This document shows positions 59,687 to 64,000 of a DNA stretch of 64,000 bases, one piece after another. This DNA comes from Candidatus Entotheonellaceae bacterium (GTDB lineage: Bacteria > Tectomicrobia > Entotheonellia > Entotheonellales > Entotheonellaceae), in assembly GCA_965238075.1 (NCBI GenBank), contig OZ250173.1, positions 64,001 to 128,000 of the forward strand, in the 5' to 3' direction. The notes beneath the pieces were generated by a model, which was given only the letters and a program-made list of their open reading frames with translations, made no database searches and was not told the origin of the DNA. Each line of letters opens with the position of its first letter. Position 1 is the stretch's first letter. The translations under genes were made by a program, and so were the position numbers.

Positions 59687-60637
59687 TTACTGTCGGGCTT
59701 GCGCCCGTAATTCGTCATACGCCTCACGAATCACCGTCAGATGCCGCTCTTCCTCCTCGGCGAATTGCTCGAAGATGGCCCGGCCTTGCGGCTTGTCGAC
59801 CTGGTTGGCGTAGTGGCGGAAAAATTCGTATGACCGGCGCTCAGCGTCCATGGCCGCCTGCAGGGCTTCGGTGGGGCCGGCCGAGAGTACCATTTGCCGG
59901 ATGTGCTCACGGCCTTTCGGGAAGATGCTTTCGAGACGTTCGTAATCGAACTGCAACAACGCCGGTTCGTCGTCCAGCCAGGCGTGGCTCTGCCGCAGGG
60001 CGTCAAACTCTGCCTGCAATACTTCCAGGTGCTCTCTCTCCTCAACGGCCAGGCGCGAAAAAACCTCCCGCGTCATCGCGTCACCCGTGGCCTCCAGGGC
60101 ATGGTTGTAAAAATGCAAGCCCTGCTGCTCATTGGTAATAGCCATTTCCAGAGCGTCACGGGCGAGGATGACTTCCAATTCCCTGCCCGTGCCGTGGCGG
60201 CTGGACGGCGGCGCCACCTTCTTGCAGTCCGTGCACACGCTGAGGATACGCACCGCGTGGGACTGCGGCGTGAAATCGTGCTGCTGCTGCGCCTGACGGA
60301 GCAGGGATTCCAACTCCGGGCTGAGAAACTCGACGGTGCGGTTGCAGGAGGAGCAGATGATGTGGTGATGCTCGAAGCGGTTGGGTTCGTAGCGTTGGGT
60401 GCCGTCGCCGTAGTCCATGGAACGCGCCAGGCCGCAGCCCTCAAGAAGCCGCAGGGTGCGGTAGACGGTGGCGAAGCCAACGCGCGGGCTCTTCTGGCGA
60501 ACCTGCTCGTGCAGTTCCTGGGCGGAGAAGTGCCCCTTGGAGGCGAGAAACACCTCCAGAATGTCGCTGCGGGGTTTGGAATGTTTGAGGTTCTGGCTGC
60601 GGAGATAGTCTTCGAAAATCTCGAATTCATCAGGCAT
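59687..60637 (-). CDS. Fur-family regulator fused to a rubrerythrin/ferritin-like domain
   Basis: ATVYRTL, HHHIICSSC, CTDC; C-terminal E...EEREH...E...EEERH diiron pattern. Confidence 0.88.
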   Translation of the reverse strand: MPDEFEIFEDYLRSQNLKHSKPRSDILEVFLASKGHFSAQELHEQVRQKSPRVGFATVYRTLRLLEGCGLARSMDYGDGTQRYEPNRFEHHHIICSSCNRTVEFLSPELESLLRQAQQQHDFTPQSHAVRILSVCTDCKKVAPPSSRHGTGRELEVILARDALEMAITNEQQGLHFYNHALEATGDAMTREVFSRLAVEEREHLEVLQAEFDALRQSHAWLDDEPALLQFDYERLESIFPKGREHIRQMVLSAGPTEALQAAMDAERRSYEFFRHYANQVDKPQGRAIFEQFAEEEERHLTVIREAYDELRAQARQ

Positions 60638-60797
60638 GAGGATACCTTTTTGGCGGGGTAGACGTCGTTGTTTGACCGTTCCCAACACGCGACGCGGAAG
60701 GCGCTATTGTACTTAAGGCGGTTGAAACGGGTCAAGCAAGGGCCCGGACGGCTCAGCCCGTTCAGCTGCCTGGCGCAGAACACGCCCTGTTTTGTTC

Positions 60798-60814
60798 TTG
60801 AAAACGGTTCTCAA
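60798..60814. promoter_or_regulatory. Fur-box-like palindrome
   Basis: TTGAAAA-CGG-TTCTCAA (7-3-7, 1 mismatch) between the fur fusion and the iron SBP gene. Confidence 0.65.
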
Positions 60815-60880
60815 CATCATAATAATACCCCCAATGCGCACCTACCCGTTTATCCCACTCTGTGGAGGGAGTCGAAACCC

Positions 60881-61942
60881 ATGCCTGATAGAAGAGCGGC
60901 CCATTTTGCTCGTGAAACTGCAGCGGCGCGGCGCGGCGCTCTGCTGCGGGGCCTGATCGCTCTGACCCTGCTGGCGCTCATCGGCTGGCCGGTGATCGCC
61001 CTGTCACAAACGCTGATCGTCTATTCCGGTCGGGGAGAGAGATTCACCAAGCCCGTGTTGGAGGCTTTTACGAAGCAGACAGGTATCGCCGTGCAGGTGC
61101 AAACGGGTGCCTCCGGCGCGTTGCTGGCCAAGCTGCAGGTGGAAGGCGAGCGTAGCCCGGCGGATGTCTTCATTACCAATTACGTTGGTGTGCTGGAGGA
61201 GGCGCGGCGGCATGGCTTGCTAGCGCCGGTGATCGCACCGACGCTGACGCAGATCGCCCCCGAGTTTCGCGCTGTGGATGATACCTGGCTGGCATTCTCG
61301 GCGCGCCTGCGGGTCATCGTGTACAACACCGGCATGATCCAGCCCGGCGCCATCACCTCGCTGCTGGAGCTTGCCGATCCCAAATGGCAGGGTCAGGTGG
61401 GCACGGTGACGAGCGGCAACCAGTCGTTTATCGGCGGCCTCAGCGCCATCTATGCGCTGCAGGGCGAGGCGGCCACCGAGGCGTTCCTGCGCGGCCTCAA
61501 GGCTAACTCGGAGGGCCGGGTGCTGCCGAAGCACACGCCGGTGGTTTCGGCCGTGGCGGCTGGGCAGTTTCCCCTGGGCTACGTGAATCATTATTACTAC
61601 TACCGTCATAAAGCCAAGGAACCGGACGCGCCGCTGGACATCCTGATACCGGACCAGCAGGACGGCCAAATGGGCGCCGTGGTCACGGTTGCTGGCGCCG
61701 CCGTTCTTAAGGCAGCCAAGAACCCGGAGGCGGCTCAGGAATTTATGGCTTTCCTGATTTCTCCCGCCGGCCAACAGATATTTGCGGCGGTCAACTACGA
61801 GTACCCCGTCAACCCGAGCGTTCCTGCCCATGAGGCCGTCGTTCCGCGCGACCGCATCAAGATCGCGCCGGTCAATCTGTCGATGGCGCACGCCAGCCGA
61901 GACAAGGCGATTGGGTTGATCGACAAGGTTGGGTTGGACTAA
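60881..61942 (+). CDS. Fe3+ ABC substrate-binding protein (FbpA/FutA-like)
   Basis: YSGR, EG.RSPADVF, R.RVIVYN, NHYY tyrosine ligands, NYEYP. Confidence 0.9.
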   Translation: MPDRRAAHFARETAAARRGALLRGLIALTLLALIGWPVIALSQTLIVYSGRGERFTKPVLEAFTKQTGIAVQVQTGASGALLAKLQVEGERSPADVFITNYVGVLEEARRHGLLAPVIAPTLTQIAPEFRAVDDTWLAFSARLRVIVYNTGMIQPGAITSLLELADPKWQGQVGTVTSGNQSFIGGLSAIYALQGEAATEAFLRGLKANSEGRVLPKHTPVVSAVAAGQFPLGYVNHYYYYRHKAKEPDAPLDILIPDQQDGQMGAVVTVAGAAVLKAAKNPEAAQEFMAFLISPAGQQIFAAVNYEYPVNPSVPAHEAVVPRDRIKIAPVNLSMAHASRDKAIGLIDKVGLD

Positions 61943-61945
61943 ACC

Positions 61946-63574
61946 GTGCACGGGCTTGCTACCGCCCAGGTTTCATGGCCGCGCCATGCCGGCCCTTGGC
62001 ATCTCAAGCCGCTGAGCCTGATCGCGTTGGTCGTGGCACTGCTCACCGTTATGCCGCTGGCCTACGTGGTGGGCAATGCTCTGCTGGTGTCGGGCGACGT
62101 GTGGGTGCAGCTATGGCAGGGTCGGGTGCCGGAACTATTGTTCAACACGCTGCGTTTGGCGGCGGGGGTGGCCGCGGTGACTCTGGTATCGGGGGTTGGT
62201 CTGGCATGGTTGGTGGTGCGCTACGACTTTCCCGGACGCGGGGTGTGGACCTGGCTGCTGGCGGCGCCGCTCGGCATCCCGCCCTACATCATGGCCTATG
62301 TGTATACGGAGATGTTCGCCTATTGGGGTCCCTTGCGGCCCCTTGTGCAGGGCGTCCTGGGAGCCGACGCTCAGCTGCCGGCTCTGTACGATTCATTTCC
62401 GGGCGCTGTGCTGATCCTCAGCCTCGCCACCTATCCTTACGTTTATTTGTTGAGTCGCGCCGCCTTTCTGCGGACCAACGTGGCCTACGAGGAGGCCGCA
62501 CGGCTGTCCGGTGCGGGGCGCTGGCGCGCCTGGCTGCGGGTGGTGCTGCCGATGCAACGGCCAGCGGTTGCGGCGGGATTATTTCTCGTCTGCCTGTACG
62601 TCATGGCGGACTTCGGCGCCGTGTCGATTCTGCGCTACTCGACGTTCACGCGGGCGGTGTACGTGCAGATGACCGGGCGCTACGACCTGACGGGCGCCGC
62701 CGCCCTGAGCCTGATGCTGGTGGTGCTAAGCCTCGCCTTCTTTGCGGCTGAGCGCCATTTTCGCCGCCGTAGCCGGTTCTTTCAGACTACCGCGGGATAT
62801 CGTCCCGGCAGCCGCGCGGCGCTGACGCGCTGGCATGCCGCCTTGGCATGCTGCGCCTGTACGGCTGTGCTCGGGCTGGCCTTCGGCGTCCCGGTGGCAT
62901 ACCTGGGCGTGGAGGCCGCGACCCACATCAGCGAGGGCGCTCTGGACGGCGCCTTCTGGGGCTACGCGCGCAACAGCTTCCTGGGCGCGGCCGCGGCCGC
63001 TACGGTTGCCGTCGCCTGCGCCGTGCCGATGGCCTACGTCGCCCTGCGCCGTCCGAGTCGCGGCCACAGCCTGTTACTGCATGCCGCCTACGCCGGCTAC
63101 GTGTTGCCGGGACCGATCGTCGCCTTGGGTCTGATCTTCTGCACGGCGCACCTGATGTCCCCGATCTACGGGACCGTGGCGGTCGTCGTGCTGGCCTACA
63201 TGGTGCGTTTCTTTCCGCAGTGTTTGCAGGCCGGGGAGGCGGCGCTGCACCAGATCACCCCCGCGCTTGAGGAAGCCGGGCGCTGCGCGGGAGCTCCCCT
63301 CTGGCGGGTGTTGTGGCGGGTCACGCTGCCGCTCATGCGCCCGGGATTGATCACCGGCTGGGTTCTGGTCTTCGTCAACGCGATGAAGGAACTTCCTGCC
63401 ACGCTGTTGCTTCGTCCTGTCGGTTTTGACACCCTGGCGGTCCGTATCTGGATCGAAACCAGCGAGGAATTTTACGCCCAGGCGGCGCCGGCGGCGTTGC
63501 TGCTGATTTTGGTAACGCTTCCCCTCTTGGCCTTCGCGCTGTCTTACGGCAGTGTGGAAAGGAGCACGGCATGA
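61946..63574 (+). CDS. Fe3+ ABC permease (FbpB-like)
   Basis: Two EAA loops; YPYVYL, DFG, KELPATL.LRP.GF.TLA. Confidence 0.92.
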   Translation: MHGLATAQVSWPRHAGPWHLKPLSLIALVVALLTVMPLAYVVGNALLVSGDVWVQLWQGRVPELLFNTLRLAAGVAAVTLVSGVGLAWLVVRYDFPGRGVWTWLLAAPLGIPPYIMAYVYTEMFAYWGPLRPLVQGVLGADAQLPALYDSFPGAVLILSLATYPYVYLLSRAAFLRTNVAYEEAARLSGAGRWRAWLRVVLPMQRPAVAAGLFLVCLYVMADFGAVSILRYSTFTRAVYVQMTGRYDLTGAAALSLMLVVLSLAFFAAERHFRRRSRFFQTTAGYRPGSRAALTRWHAALACCACTAVLGLAFGVPVAYLGVEAATHISEGALDGAFWGYARNSFLGAAAAATVAVACAVPMAYVALRRPSRGHSLLLHAAYAGYVLPGPIVALGLIFCTAHLMSPIYGTVAVVVLAYMVRFFPQCLQAGEAALHQITPALEEAGRCAGAPLWRVLWRVTLPLMRPGLITGWVLVFVNAMKELPATLLLRPVGFDTLAVRIWIETSEEFYAQAAPAALLLILVTLPLLAFALSYGSVERSTA

Positions 63575-64000
63575 CTCCGGTATTATCGCTGCAGGCAATC
63601 GGCAAGGCGTTCGAGCCTGGCATGCCGGTGCTGCAGGACGTCTCGCTGCGCATCGAGCCCGGTGCCATGGTCTGTCTGCTTGGTCCCAGCGGCTGCGGCA
63701 AGACCACGCTGCTGCGCCTGGTCGCGGGATTCGAGGAGCCCGACGCCGGTGCAATTCACTTGGGGGGCCAACTGGTCAGCCGTCCCGGCCACGTGGTGGC
63801 GCCGGAAAAACGCCACATAGGCATGGTTTTTCAAGACTACGCCCTCTTCCCACATATGACGGTGGCCCAGAACATTGTGTTTGGCCTGTTTCGCCGCCCG
63901 GCTACCCACCGCGACCGCCGCCTTGCCGACCTGCTGCAACTGGTGGGTCTGCAGGACATGGCCAAACGTTATCCGCACGAGCTCTCCGGCGGCCAGCAGC
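63571..64000 (+). CDS. Fe3+ ABC ATP-binding protein (FbpC-like), 3'-truncated by the window edge
   Basis: GPSGCGKTT, VFQDYALFPH, YPHELSGGQQ; absent from the ORF track. Confidence 0.9.
   Translation, partial: MTPVLSLQAIGKAFEPGMPVLQDVSLRIEPGAMVCLLGPSGCGKTTLLRLVAGFEEPDAGAIHLGGQLVSRPGHVVAPEKRHIGMVFQDYALFPHMTVAQNIVFGLFRRPATHRDRRLADLLQLVGLQDMAKRYPHELSGGQQ

Noticed and set aside
1-64000. tRNA/rRNA genes including selC
   Set aside because: No cloverleaf or rRNA-like sequence recognised in the intergenic regions by eye; tRNAscan-SE would confirm

Overview
GC-rich bacterial chromosome segment. The gene content (LLM/PPOX F420-type enzymes, amidohydrolases, XoxF) suggests a Tectomicrobia/Entotheonella-like organism, but taxonomy is an unverified inference. 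1-17.4 kb: PQQ/lanthanide methanol-oxidation region with xoxF (WDYDG motif), xoxJ, xoxG, a separate cytochrome c-XoxJ fusion, Rieske protein, cupredoxin, pqqBCDE (no pqqA seen) and a split PedA1A2BC-like ABC system. 17.7-20.1 kb: nirK followed by two tandem exported thiol-redox genes, each interrupted by an in-frame TGA exactly at the catalytic Cys. These are best read as two selenoproteins (TlpA-like UxxC and a 1-Sec peroxiredoxin) that the ORF track splits. 25.5-27.4 kb: AT-richer AAA-ATPase + PIN cassette (candidate defence/TA). 27.5-33.5 kb: corrinoid methyltransferase operon without a recognisable MT1. 33.9-39.5 kb: metal ABC cluster. 44.2-46.3 kb: MraY/WecA-family gene disrupted by a 926-bp IS5-family element. 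51.4-56.5 kb: menF-D-H-C. 59.7-64 kb: Fur fused to a ferritin-like domain, divergent from a Fe3+ ABC transporter that has a Fur-box-like palindrome upstream. Family assignments come from motif recognition only; no searches were run.
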